Shown: one piece after another, positions 17,520 through 27,183 of the stretch
Position numbering within the stretch: position 1 is the first letter of the stretch
Layout: each line of letters starts with the position of its first letter
From: Beijerinckiaceae bacterium
Lineage (GTDB): Bacteria; Pseudomonadota; Alphaproteobacteria; Rhizobiales; Beijerinckiaceae
Length of the DNA stretch: 64,000 bases
Direction of reading: 5' to 3'
NCBI GenBank assembly: GCA_947456505.1
Contig: CANGTC010000005.1
Span: 3,577 to 67,576, forward strand
Program-made: the position numbers and the translations under genes
The notes under the pieces: model-generated
Told to the model about the DNA's origin: nothing
Database searches by the model: none
The model's input: only the letters and a program-made list of their open reading frames with translations

Positions 17520-18560
17520 ATGCTTGGCAGGGCCCTGCGAGTCACAGCGCTTCTGGTGACCGTTTTTACTGGCGCGCAATACCCGGCGAAAGCGGCCGAT
17601 CTGGTCAAAATCGGCGTCCTCAACACATCAGGCGACATTGCGGTCCATATCGCCAATGAGAAGGGCTATTTCAAACAGGAAGGCATAGAAGCCGAGTTCA
17701 TTGTCTTTGACGCCTCGGCCAAAATGATCCCGTCCTTGGGCGTGGGCGATCTGGATGTTGGCGGTGGCGCAACCGCCGTCAGTCTGTTCAACGCCATCGA
17801 CCGCAAGGTGGGCGTGCGCATCGTGGCGGACAAGGGACGCACCGAGCCCGGCTATGTCTATCAAAGCGTCATGATCCGCAAGGAGCTCGTCACCAGCGGA
17901 CGTTTCAAATCCTGGTCGGACCTGAAAGGTCTCAGGTTCGCGCAGGGCGGCGCAGGCGTGGGGCCACTGTCCATTCTCAATCAGGCAGCTCTCAAAGGCG
18001 GCGTCAAATATGAAGAAATCGAAAAGCTTTTCATGAGCTTTTCGCAGCAGGTCGCAGCCCTCAAAAGCGGCGCCATCGATGGCTCCATCATGAACGAGCC
18101 CTACAAGACCCTCGTGGCGCAAGAAGGGCTGGCTGTCGAATTCGCTCCCACCGAAGAGGTGGTGAGCATGTACGAGCTGTCGTTACTGTTCTTTGGCGAC
18201 AAGTTCCGGCAAGAACGATCAGATGTCGCGCGGCGTTTCATGCGCGCCTTTCTGAAAGCCAATCGCGACTATCTCAACGCCCTTGAGAACGGTCGCTGGC
18301 GCAAGGATGGCGCGGCTGACGAAGTCATCGATATCTTCTCGCGCAAGTTGAACATTCCACTGGAGCTGGCGCGCAACATCACCCCGCAGGCGACCGATCC
18401 CGATGGCAAGCCCGCGCTGGAAAGCATCCGCCGCGATCTTCTCTTCTTTCAGGAGCAAGGCGAAGTCGCCAACAAGGCGATGAAAGTCGAGGATTGCCTC
18501 GATCTGTCCTTCGCGGAGGCGGCCGCCCGGGAGCTTGGTCCCTTCGCACGAAAGAAGTGA
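17520..18560 (+). CDS. ABC-type NMT1/SsuA-like solute-binding protein
   Basis: Signal peptide, IANEKGYFKQEGI, DLKG, ALKSGAIDG, EPY. Confidence 0.85.
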   Translation: MLGRALRVTALLVTVFTGAQYPAKAADLVKIGVLNTSGDIAVHIANEKGYFKQEGIEAEFIVFDASAKMIPSLGVGDLDVGGGATAVSLFNAIDRKVGVRIVADKGRTEPGYVYQSVMIRKELVTSGRFKSWSDLKGLRFAQGGAGVGPLSILNQAALKGGVKYEEIEKLFMSFSQQVAALKSGAIDGSIMNEPYKTLVAQEGLAVEFAPTEEVVSMYELSLLFFGDKFRQERSDVARRFMRAFLKANRDYLNALENGRWRKDGAADEVIDIFSRKLNIPLELARNITPQATDPDGKPALESIRRDLLFFQEQGEVANKAMKVEDCLDLSFAEAAARELGPFARKK

Positions 18561-18602
18561 TCCGCAAGGACCGGATATTTGATGAAGAATGGGAGCCGCC
18601 CT

Positions 18603-19670
18603 ATGCGCCGGATCATGCCAGCCATCCTCTCACTCATCGCCGTCAGCGTCATGGCAGGTCAAGCGCAGGCGCAGACTTTCTATGCGGGAAAAACGCTGAC
18701 CATACTCGTCAACTATGACGCCGGCGGCCCAACCGATACGGAGGCCCGCATTCTTGGTCGCCATCTCGGACGGCATCTGCCGGGCGCCCCGAACATCATC
18801 GTCCAGAACATGGGCGGCGCCGCCGGGCTCATCGGCACAAAATATCTGGGCGAGGTGGCGCCAAGGGATGGCTTGATGCTGGGCTATCTGACAGCTGCCT
18901 CCCAGCGCTTCGTGAGCAATCCCGATCAGTTCAAGGTCGATTTTCGCAAATATGAATTCGTCGCGCTGGCGCCCAGCGGACGCATTCATTATTTCCGCGC
19001 CGACGTGGAGCCGGGCCTCAAGACCTCGGGCGACCTGATGAAAGCGCAGAATCTCGTGGTGGGCGGCCTTGGACCGGATGCGCCCAAGGATATGTCCATG
19101 CGCCTCACCCTCGATATGCTCGGCGTCAAATACAAATATGTGACGGGCTATAATTCGAGTGCGCAGGCCAATCTCGCCCTGCAACGCGGCGAGATCAACT
19201 ATTATGCGGAATCCCCGCCTGACTATAATTCCAAGGTCCTGCCATTGGTGAAAGAGGGCAAGTTCATCCCGGCTTTCTATGATCCGGGCTTCGACGGCCA
19301 GACATTCAGCCTGCCGAAGCAGATGAAGGACGTGACCGCGCCCCCCTTCCACCAATATTATCAAACGATCTTCGGCAAGATGCCGGAGGGGCCGCTTTGG
19401 GAGGCCTACAAGACGCTGCTTACCGTGAATGGCGCGGCCTATCGGTTGCTGGCCTTGCCGCCCGGTTCTCCTGTTGAAGCGCGAGATATCCTGCGCAGGG
19501 CGGTCATGGCCCTCAACGAGGATCCGGACTACGCAGCGGAGGCGCGCAGGGTCATGGGCGATTTGCCGGAATATGTTTCGTCCTCCGATCTCAACGAGGC
19601 CGTCGCGCGGGGCCTTTCGGTGAAGCCGGAAATTCTGAACTTCATGCACGAATTCGGTGCGAAGCGATGA
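18603..19670 (+). CDS. Bug/TctC-family solute-binding protein 2
   Basis: Signal peptide, FYAGKTLTILVNYDAGGPTD, NMGGAAG, LQRGEIN; GGGAG RBS (alternative start 18579). Confidence 0.85.
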   Translation: MRRIMPAILSLIAVSVMAGQAQAQTFYAGKTLTILVNYDAGGPTDTEARILGRHLGRHLPGAPNIIVQNMGGAAGLIGTKYLGEVAPRDGLMLGYLTAASQRFVSNPDQFKVDFRKYEFVALAPSGRIHYFRADVEPGLKTSGDLMKAQNLVVGGLGPDAPKDMSMRLTLDMLGVKYKYVTGYNSSAQANLALQRGEINYYAESPPDYNSKVLPLVKEGKFIPAFYDPGFDGQTFSLPKQMKDVTAPPFHQYYQTIFGKMPEGPLWEAYKTLLTVNGAAYRLLALPPGSPVEARDILRRAVMALNEDPDYAAEARRVMGDLPEYVSSSDLNEAVARGLSVKPEILNFMHEFGAKR

Positions 19671-19732
19671 GGCGCCCCCGTCAGCCGGTTTGAACGGCAA
19701 TTTCGAAGGGAGATCTTTCGTTGCATCAAGAC

Positions 19733-19758
19733 CAAGCGTGGCTTGCTTTTTGCTTTTT
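19733..19758 (+). terminator. Possible intrinsic terminator ending the 5812-19670 unit
   Basis: CAAGC-GTG-GCTTG followed by CTTTTTGCTTTTT; short stem. Confidence 0.35.
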
Positions 19759-19801
19759 CCCAAAATCTGCGCGGAAAGTCCAATGACGGGCGGAACGGCT
19801 G

Positions 19802-19837
19802 TGTCAAATTGACAAAGACTGGGCAGATGGGTAGCTT
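19802..19837 (+). promoter_or_regulatory. Sigma70 promoter with an overlapping palindromic operator
   Basis: TTGACA(19809)-17nt-TAGCTT; the -35 is half of the palindrome TGTCAA-A-TTGACA. Confidence 0.6.
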
Positions 19838-19913
19838 TTTTGGGACATTGCCCGAAAAGTGCACACTCGTGAAACGCATCATCGTTGCGCAGATCGCACC
19901 AGGAGCATGAAGC

Positions 19914-20924
19914 ATGAAAGAAGTCGTCGCAGCGTCTTTGGCTTTCCTGATCGTGGCTGGCCCCAGCCGGGCGGATCCTGTCGGCGATTTTTATGCGGGC
20001 AAACCCATTAATCTTTACATTGGTTACAGCGCAGGTGGAGGATACGACCTTTACGCGCGGCTTTTGGCCCGGCATCTGGGCAGAAATGTTCCTGGAAAGC
20101 CCAACGTAATCCCGCAAAACATGCCTGGCGCGGGCAGCCTGAAGGTCGCGACCTTTATCAACGGTGTCGCCCCGCGCGATGGAACGGCCATCGGCACGTT
20201 CGCCCGGGGCATGCCCATCTATCCCCTGCTCTTTTCACCGGATTTTGACGGCGCCAAGCTTGGTTATCTGGGCTCCATCACCTCCGACACCAGCGTGTGC
20301 ATCACCTGGAACAATTCCAGGATCAAAACCTGGGAAGACCTGGTGACCAAGCCATCCGTCTTCGGCGGAGAAGGCAAGGGGTCAGATCCCGACATGTTCG
20401 CGACGCTGCTGCGCGAAGAGTTCAAGGCGGATCTCAAGCTTGTGAGCGGTTATCCCGGGACCGCCGACATCACGCTCGCCATGGAACGAGGCGAGGTGGA
20501 CGGCCTTTGCGGCATCTCGCTGTCAACCATTCGAGCCGCCCATGGGGATTGGCTGACCCTGAAAAAGATCAACATCGTTGTTCAGGCGGCCACAAAACCG
20601 GATCCGGACATTCCCGGCACGCCCTTCATGCCGGATCTGGCGAAGTCGCCAACCCAGAAACAGATCGTCAATCTCGCGGTGGCGCCACAGGCTATGGCCC
20701 GTCCCTTCGTGACCCCGCCGGATGTGGCGCCGGAGCGGTTGAAGGCCCTTCAGGAGGCCTTCGACAAGACCATGAAGGATCCGGAGTTCCTGGCGGATGC
20801 GCAAAAATCAAAGCTCGATGTGAACCCCATGACCGGCGTCGAGATTGCGGCCATGGTGCGAGAGCTCTATCAAACGCCCAAGGATGTGGCGCAGGCGACA
20901 GCGCGTTCCCTGGGCGCGAAATAG
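19914..20924 (+). CDS. Bug/TctC-family solute-binding protein 3
   Basis: Signal peptide, FYAGKPINLYIGYSAGGGYD, NMPGAG, MERGEVDG. Confidence 0.9.
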   Translation: MKEVVAASLAFLIVAGPSRADPVGDFYAGKPINLYIGYSAGGGYDLYARLLARHLGRNVPGKPNVIPQNMPGAGSLKVATFINGVAPRDGTAIGTFARGMPIYPLLFSPDFDGAKLGYLGSITSDTSVCITWNNSRIKTWEDLVTKPSVFGGEGKGSDPDMFATLLREEFKADLKLVSGYPGTADITLAMERGEVDGLCGISLSTIRAAHGDWLTLKKINIVVQAATKPDPDIPGTPFMPDLAKSPTQKQIVNLAVAPQAMARPFVTPPDVAPERLKALQEAFDKTMKDPEFLADAQKSKLDVNPMTGVEIAAMVRELYQTPKDVAQATARSLGAK

Positions 20925-20937
20925 TGCGGATGCAAAG

Positions 20938-21801
20938 ATGAAAGCGCCACCCTTCGACTACCATCGACCGCAGAGCCTGCCGGAGACGCTGGAGCTTTTG
21001 CGCGGAGCGGATGTGCGCGTGCTGGCGGGCGGGCAATCGCTGGTTCCCATGCTTAACTTTCGGCTGCTTGCCCCTCAAGCGTTGGTAGATATCAACGGTC
21101 TTGAGGAGCTGCGTGGGATTTCGCTCGGGGATGGTCGCCTTGGCTTCGGCGCCATGGTGCGTCAGCGGGAAATCGAGCGCCATGCTGGTCTTGCTGAAGT
21201 CGCTCCAATTTTTGCACAAGCTGTCCGCGAGATCGGCCATCGGCAGACACGCAACCGGGGCACCATCGGGGGCAGCATGTGCCACCTCGACCCCTCCGCC
21301 GAATTGCCCATGCTCTGCATGCTGCATGACGCGACCCTCACGATACAGTCTGCTGGCGGAACGCGGCGCGTCGCCGTCAGCGACTTCATTCAGGGCGCCA
21401 TGTCGCCTTGGCTGGAGGCGGGGGAGTTGCTGACCCGCATCGAGATGGACGCCTGGCCGCAGGGCCATGCCTACGCCTTTTTGGAACATGCCCGGCGGGC
21501 GGGCGATTACGCCATGTCCTCAGCCGCCTGCCTGCTCACCTTCGATGCGCAGGGCGCCATCGCCCGCGCCGCCATCTGCGTCGGCGGGCTCGGCGACCGC
21601 CCTGCCCGGCTCCCCAAGGCCGAACAGAGCCTCCTCGGCGCAAGGCCTGACGAGACGCTATTCGCACAAGTGGCCGAAGAGGTGGAGCACATGCCCGCCG
21701 AGGGCAGCATTCACGCCAGCGCCGCCTTCAAGCGCCAGATCGCCAGCACGCTGGTGCGGCGCGCGCTGGCCCAGGCCTGCGAAACCATGGTGACGGCATG
21801 A
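20938..21801 (+). CDS. Mo-hydroxylase FAD subunit, module 2
   Basis: MKAPPFDYHRP, LAGGQSLVP, RNRGTIGGS, RRAGDYA. Confidence 0.95.
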   Translation: MKAPPFDYHRPQSLPETLELLRGADVRVLAGGQSLVPMLNFRLLAPQALVDINGLEELRGISLGDGRLGFGAMVRQREIERHAGLAEVAPIFAQAVREIGHRQTRNRGTIGGSMCHLDPSAELPMLCMLHDATLTIQSAGGTRRVAVSDFIQGAMSPWLEAGELLTRIEMDAWPQGHAYAFLEHARRAGDYAMSSAACLLTFDAQGAIARAAICVGGLGDRPARLPKAEQSLLGARPDETLFAQVAEEVEHMPAEGSIHASAAFKRQIASTLVRRALAQACETMVTA

Positions 21802-22280
21802 AACAGGATCTGATCCTCACCGTGAATGGCGTCAGCTACACGCACGCGGTGGAGCCCCGTGTGAATCTGGGCGATTTCCTGCGCCATGATCTCGGCCTCA
21901 CCGGCACCCATTTTGGTTGCGAACACGGGGTCTGCGGCGCCTGCACCGTTCTTGTGAATGGCGCCACGCTGCGCAGTTGCCTGATGTTCGCCGTGCAGGC
22001 GCAGGGATGCGAGATCACCACCGTTGAGGGCCTGTCCGACACTACGGGGCCCCTGCATCCGATCCAGCAGGCCTTCCGGGACCAGCACGCCATGCAATGC
22101 GGATTTTGCACGCCGGGCATGCTGCTGACAGTGGCGGAGCTTCTGGGGGAGAATCCGGATCCCAGCGAGGCGGAGGTGCGCGACGCCATTTCCGGCAACA
22201 TCTGCCGCTGCACCGGCTACCAGCCCATCGTGGACGCGGCCCTGCAGGCGGCGCGAGCCCTCAAGGGGGGAGCACGCTGA
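21798..22280 (+). CDS. Mo-hydroxylase [2Fe-2S] subunit, module 2
   Basis: GCEHGVCGACT, QCGFCTPG, NICRCTGY. Confidence 0.95.
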   Translation: MKQDLILTVNGVSYTHAVEPRVNLGDFLRHDLGLTGTHFGCEHGVCGACTVLVNGATLRSCLMFAVQAQGCEITTVEGLSDTTGPLHPIQQAFRDQHAMQCGFCTPGMLLTVAELLGENPDPSEAEVRDAISGNICRCTGYQPIVDAALQAARALKGGAR

Positions 22281-24619
22281 TGGCCCGCCAGATCGGCCTC
22301 TCCGTCGAACGTCTGGAAGACCCCGCCCTGCTGCGGGGCCAGGTGAAATATCTCGATGACCTGGAGCTGCCCGGCCAGCTGCATGTCGCGTTCCTGCGCA
22401 GCGAACATGCCCATGCGCGCATCACGCGCCTCGATGTGACCCGCGCCCGCGCCCTGCCCGGCGTCCACGCGGTGATCACCATGGAGGACATGGAGCGTGC
22501 GCTGGGCCGGGTGCGCATGCCCCTCAGCGCCAGCCCCACCAAGGCCACCGCCGCCATAACGCCCTATATACTCTCCGGTAGCGAAGTCGCCTTCGTGGGC
22601 GAGGCCATCGCCATGGCCATCGCAGACTCCCGCCATGTCGCGGAGGATGCGGTCGATCTCATGGAGATCGATTACGCGCCCCTACCCGTGATCATGAGCG
22701 CCAAGGATGCTGTCTCCGACACAGCGCCCCGAGTGCGCACGGAGGCCGCCAACAACGTCTTCAACCGCATGCATGTGAACTATGGCGACATCGACGCCGC
22801 CTTCGCCGATGCGCCCCATGTGTTTCAGGAAGACATGTTGCAGCATCGCGGCTGCGGCCATCCCATGGAGACGCGCGGCGTCATCGCCGAACCGCGCATG
22901 GACGGGACGATGAATGTCTGGTCCTCCACCCAGATGCCCCATGACATTCATCAGGGCATTCTTGAGGTGCTGGGCCTTGAGGACGATGCACTGCGGGTCA
23001 TCACCCCCGAGGTGGGCGGCGGCTTTGGCCCGAAATATTGCGCCTATCCGGAAGAGCTGGCGGTGCCCGCAGCCGCGCGCATGCTGGGCCGCACCCTGAA
23101 ATGGGTCGAGGACCGGCGCGAACATTGCCTCACCGCCGTGCAGGAGCGCGACCAGTTCTGGTCCCTTGAGATCGCCGTCGAAGCCGACGGGCGCATTCGC
23201 GGCATTCGCGGCTCGCTGATCCATGATCAGGGCGCCTATGCGCTTAAGGCGGTGAACCTGCCCTATAATTCGGCGACGGCGGTGCCCGGCCCCTACATGG
23301 TCCCGGCCCTCGACATGCGGGTGATCATCACCTTCACCAATAAGGTGCCCGCCTCCTCAGTGCGCGGCGCAGGCTATCCGCAGGCGGCCTTCGCCATGGA
23401 GCGCCTGATGGATTTGGTGGCGCAGCGGCTGGGGCTGGACCGGGCCGAAGTGCGTCTCCGCAATCTCGTTCCACCGGAAAAGATGCCCTACACCAAGCCG
23501 CTGAAGGCGCGGTCCGGGGCGCCCGTCACCTATGACAGCGGCGACTATATCGCCTCCCAGAAGGAGGCGCTGGAGGCGGCGGGCTGGGATGGGTTCCGCG
23601 AGAGGCAACTGGCCGCCCGCAAACAAGGCCGCTATATCGGCATTGGTCTGGCCAATGCGGTGAAGGGCACGGGGCGCGGGCCTTTTGAATCCGGCACGGT
23701 GCGGGTCAACCCATCGGGGCAGGTGTCGATCTTCACCGGCGCCGCCGCCATGGGCCAGGGCATCAAGACCACGCTGGCGCAGATTTGCGCCGAGCAACTG
23801 GGGCTCACAGCGGACAAAGTGACCGTCATCTGCGGCGACACCGTCGCGGCGCCTCTGGGGCTCGGGGGCTTCGCCAGCCGCCAGCTCGTGACCGCTGGCA
23901 ACACCGTGCTGCTGGCCGCCACCGAAGTGGCGCAGAAGGCCAAAAAACTGGCCAGCCATATGCTGGAAGCCGATATCGAAGACCTGGAGCTGGTGGACGG
24001 CAAGGTGCGGGTGAAGGGCTCCGATGTCTCCGTCACCCTGGCGGAGCTGGCGCGGGTGTTGCGGGGATCGCCGGGCTACGCCTTCCCGCCGGGCCTCGAC
24101 CCCTCGCTGCAATCGGACGCCAAATGGCAGACCGAGGCGCTGACCTATTCCAACACCACCCATGTGGCGGAAGTGGAGGTGGATGTGGATCTCGCGCAAG
24201 TGAAGATCCTGCGCTACATCGCTCTTCAGGATGTGGGCGTAAGGGTCAATCCGATGATCGTCGAAGGCCAGATCCGTGGCGGCATCGCCCATGGCGTTGG
24301 CAACGCCCTGTTCGAGCAGATGATCTACGACGACGAAGGCCAGCCGCTGACGACTACTTTCGCCGATTACCTGCTGCCAACGGCGCCCGAGCTGCCGCGC
24401 TTCGAGACGCTCTATCGCGACACACCCTCCCCTATCAATCCCCTTGGCGCCAAGGGCGTTGGCGAAGTGGGCACCATACCCGTGGCGGCCACCATCATCT
24501 CCGCGATTGAGGACGCCCTCGCGCCCTTCGACATTCGCATCCAACAAACCCCGGTTTTGCCGGAAACCCTCTTCCATCTGATTTCCAAGGCGCGGGCGCC
24601 AGGCTTGCCCCGCCCATGA
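22280..24619 (+). CDS. Mo-hydroxylase molybdopterin subunit, module 2
   Basis: VGGGFGPK, loop SVRGAGYP, MGQG, ASR, KGVGEVG. Confidence 0.95.
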   Translation: MARQIGLSVERLEDPALLRGQVKYLDDLELPGQLHVAFLRSEHAHARITRLDVTRARALPGVHAVITMEDMERALGRVRMPLSASPTKATAAITPYILSGSEVAFVGEAIAMAIADSRHVAEDAVDLMEIDYAPLPVIMSAKDAVSDTAPRVRTEAANNVFNRMHVNYGDIDAAFADAPHVFQEDMLQHRGCGHPMETRGVIAEPRMDGTMNVWSSTQMPHDIHQGILEVLGLEDDALRVITPEVGGGFGPKYCAYPEELAVPAAARMLGRTLKWVEDRREHCLTAVQERDQFWSLEIAVEADGRIRGIRGSLIHDQGAYALKAVNLPYNSATAVPGPYMVPALDMRVIITFTNKVPASSVRGAGYPQAAFAMERLMDLVAQRLGLDRAEVRLRNLVPPEKMPYTKPLKARSGAPVTYDSGDYIASQKEALEAAGWDGFRERQLAARKQGRYIGIGLANAVKGTGRGPFESGTVRVNPSGQVSIFTGAAAMGQGIKTTLAQICAEQLGLTADKVTVICGDTVAAPLGLGGFASRQLVTAGNTVLLAATEVAQKAKKLASHMLEADIEDLELVDGKVRVKGSDVSVTLAELARVLRGSPGYAFPPGLDPSLQSDAKWQTEALTYSNTTHVAEVEVDVDLAQVKILRYIALQDVGVRVNPMIVEGQIRGGIAHGVGNALFEQMIYDDEGQPLTTTFADYLLPTAPELPRFETLYRDTPSPINPLGAKGVGEVGTIPVAATIISAIEDALAPFDIRIQQTPVLPETLFHLISKARAPGLPRP

Positions 24620-24694
24620 GAAATGCGTTTATCTTCAAACATCAACACGACGGGGCTCGCCGGGTCGCAGCCTTCATCAACAGGAGCTTCTAAC

Positions 24695-26125
24695 ATGGCG
24701 AACAAGGATCTGCGTGACTGGATTGCGGCCATCGACGCTGTGGGCGAGCTCAAGGTCATCAAGGGCGCCGAGCCCAAGGAGGAGATCGGCGGCATCGTCG
24801 ACATCTACATGCGCAAGATGGGCAATCCGGCCGTGCTGTTCGACGAGATCCCCGGCTATCCCAAGGGCACGCGGGTGCTGGCGAATATCCTGACCTCCGT
24901 GCCGCGCATCAACGTGGCGCTGGGCATTCCCGCCAAGAGCACCGACATGGAGCTCGTGCAATGGTGGCGCAAATATATGGGCAACGCGCCCTCCATTCCC
25001 CCCAAGGAGGTCAATGGCGGCCCCCTCATGGAGAATGTGATGGAAGGCGACGCGGTGGATCTCCACAAGATCCCCACGCCCGTCTGGCATGAGCACGATG
25101 GCGGCCCCTTCATCGGCACCGCCTGCCTCGTCATCATGAAAGACCCTGACTCCGGCTGGATCAACTACGGCGCCTATCGCGTGCAGGTGCATGGCCCCAA
25201 GACGGCATCCGTCATGATCTCGCCCGGCAAGCATGGGCGCATCCTCATGAACAAATATCACGACAAGGGCGAGCCCTGCCCGGTCGCCGTGGTCGTGGGC
25301 GTGCATCCCGCGATGTTCATGCTGTCGGGCCTCGAAATTCCCTATGGCAAGAGCGAATTCGAGGCGGCGGGCGGAATCTTCGGCGAAGCGGTGGAGACAA
25401 TCCGCATGCCCAAGACCGGCATGCCCGTGCCCGCCAACGCCGAAATCGCCTTCGAGGGTTATATCTATCCCAACGACGTGATCCAGGAAGGCCCGCTGGG
25501 CGAATGGACCGGCTACTACGCAGGCGGCAGCCGCCCCGAGCCAGCCATCCGCATCGAAACCATGATGCACCGGAATGACCCGATCCTGCTGGGCGCCATT
25601 CCAGCTGTGCCGCCCAATGACAACACCTTCTATCTCGGCACCTATCGCTGCGGCGCCGTATGGAACCAGCTGGAAGCGGCTGGCATCCCTGAGGTGAAAG
25701 GCGTCTGGGCCCATGAAGCCGGCGGCAGCCGCTTCTGGCTGACGATCTCCATCAAGACGCTCTATGGCGGCCATGCGAAACAGGCGGGCATGATCGCCGC
25801 CCATTGCCACGCAGGCGCCTACTGCAACCGCTGGACCATCGTTGTCGATGACGACATCGATCCCACCAACATCGATGATGTGATCTGGGCCATGTCCACC
25901 CGCGTGGACACCCGCGAGGACATCGACATCATCGAAGGCGGGTGGAGTTCGGCGCTGGACCCCATGTGCTACGATGGCGACACCGACCGCCGCAATGGCC
26001 GCGTGATCATCGACGCCACCAAGCCCTTCCGCCGCAAGGACACATTCCCCATCGTCGCGCGTTCCTCCAAGGAGCTGGACGCCCGCATCATGGAGAAGTG
26101 GGCGAAGGATCTGCCTGGCGCGTGA
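24695..26125 (+). CDS. UbiD-family (de)carboxylase 2
   Basis: DLRDWI...GEL, PAVLF, HEHDGGPF, NYGAYR, EGPLGEWTGYY, VDDDIDP, WAMSTR, IIDATKP. Confidence 0.94.
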   Translation: MANKDLRDWIAAIDAVGELKVIKGAEPKEEIGGIVDIYMRKMGNPAVLFDEIPGYPKGTRVLANILTSVPRINVALGIPAKSTDMELVQWWRKYMGNAPSIPPKEVNGGPLMENVMEGDAVDLHKIPTPVWHEHDGGPFIGTACLVIMKDPDSGWINYGAYRVQVHGPKTASVMISPGKHGRILMNKYHDKGEPCPVAVVVGVHPAMFMLSGLEIPYGKSEFEAAGGIFGEAVETIRMPKTGMPVPANAEIAFEGYIYPNDVIQEGPLGEWTGYYAGGSRPEPAIRIETMMHRNDPILLGAIPAVPPNDNTFYLGTYRCGAVWNQLEAAGIPEVKGVWAHEAGGSRFWLTISIKTLYGGHAKQAGMIAAHCHAGAYCNRWTIVVDDDIDPTNIDDVIWAMSTRVDTREDIDIIEGGWSSALDPMCYDGDTDRRNGRVIIDATKPFRRKDTFPIVARSSKELDARIMEKWAKDLPGA

Positions 26126-26174
26126 ATAGACTAAAGACGATCATAATCTTTGACGGATAGAAGGCGCATTCCTC

Positions 26175-27158
26175 ATGGGCGACATTCATCTCACACTGGC
26201 TTGCGGTAACTACGAGATCGTACGTCCGCTGAAAGACGGCACGGTGAAGCCGGACGGGATCAATCTGACGATCCTGACGGACATTGACTCCAGCACCCGC
26301 CACTGGCGGTTCCTGCGTAACCGGGAATTCGATGTCGCGGAGGTCTCAGCTTCCTCGTTCCTGCTCGCCAAGGACGCCGGACATCCCTTCGAGGGCATTC
26401 CGGTGTTCCTGCATCGCCGGTTTCGCCATGAGTTCGTTTTCGTGAACACATCGAAGGGCATCCGGGAGCCCAAGGATCTCATCGGCAAGAAGGTGGGCGT
26501 CAAGTCCTATCAGGTGAGCGCCATTCTCTGGATGCGCGGCATTCTTGAGCAGGAATATGGCGTTCCCCACAAATCCATCGACTGGTACTCGGAAATCGAC
26601 GAGGACGTGGAGTTCATCCCGCCCTCCGACCTCAGACTGACGCGGTTGGCGGACAAACAGACGCTGGAAGCCATGCTGATTTCCGGCGAACTGGACGCGG
26701 TCATCCACGCCGACCTGATCGAGCCCTATGTGAATGGCCATCCGGCCGTGGGGCGTCTCTTCGACGACTACAAGGCCGAGGAGATGAGTTACTACAAGAA
26801 GACCGGCATCTTCCCGATCATGCATGTGATGGGCGTGAAGAAAGAGGTGGTCGAAGAGAATCCCTGGGTGCCGATCAGCCTTTACAAGGCCTTCGACAAG
26901 GCCAAGGCCATCGCCATGAAGCGCATGTTCAACCCGCGCATCGTGCCGCTGGCCTGGTATCGGCACGCCTGGGAGGAGCAGCGCCAGCTTCTGGGGCCCG
27001 ATCCCTGGGAATATGGCCTCACTGACGCCAACAGGCATACGATGGAGACGTTGATCGGCTATTCCTACGGACAAGGCATGATCAAACGGAAGCTAACCCT
27101 CGATGAGCTTTTCGTGAGCGTCTCTGAAGGGCGCAAGCGCGGCGGCTTCAGGGTATAG
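26175..27158 (+). CDS. 4,5-dihydroxyphthalate decarboxylase (OphC/Pht5)-like PBP-fold protein 1
   Basis: LTLACGNY, G-VKPDGI, FDVAEVS, RRFRH, DLIGKKVGV, GIFPIMH, PWEYGL; no signal peptide. Confidence 0.85.
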   Translation: MGDIHLTLACGNYEIVRPLKDGTVKPDGINLTILTDIDSSTRHWRFLRNREFDVAEVSASSFLLAKDAGHPFEGIPVFLHRRFRHEFVFVNTSKGIREPKDLIGKKVGVKSYQVSAILWMRGILEQEYGVPHKSIDWYSEIDEDVEFIPPSDLRLTRLADKQTLEAMLISGELDAVIHADLIEPYVNGHPAVGRLFDDYKAEEMSYYKKTGIFPIMHVMGVKKEVVEENPWVPISLYKAFDKAKAIAMKRMFNPRIVPLAWYRHAWEEQRQLLGPDPWEYGLTDANRHTMETLIGYSYGQGMIKRKLTLDELFVSVSEGRKRGGFRV

Positions 27159-27183
27159 GATTCATGCAGGGGCGGTGATTGCA

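Noticed and set aside
26127-26136. TAGACTAAAG occurs here and at 55232, both intergenic
   Set aside because: A single 10-mer match is expected by chance in 64 kb, and the 49-bp gap here looks intra-operonic
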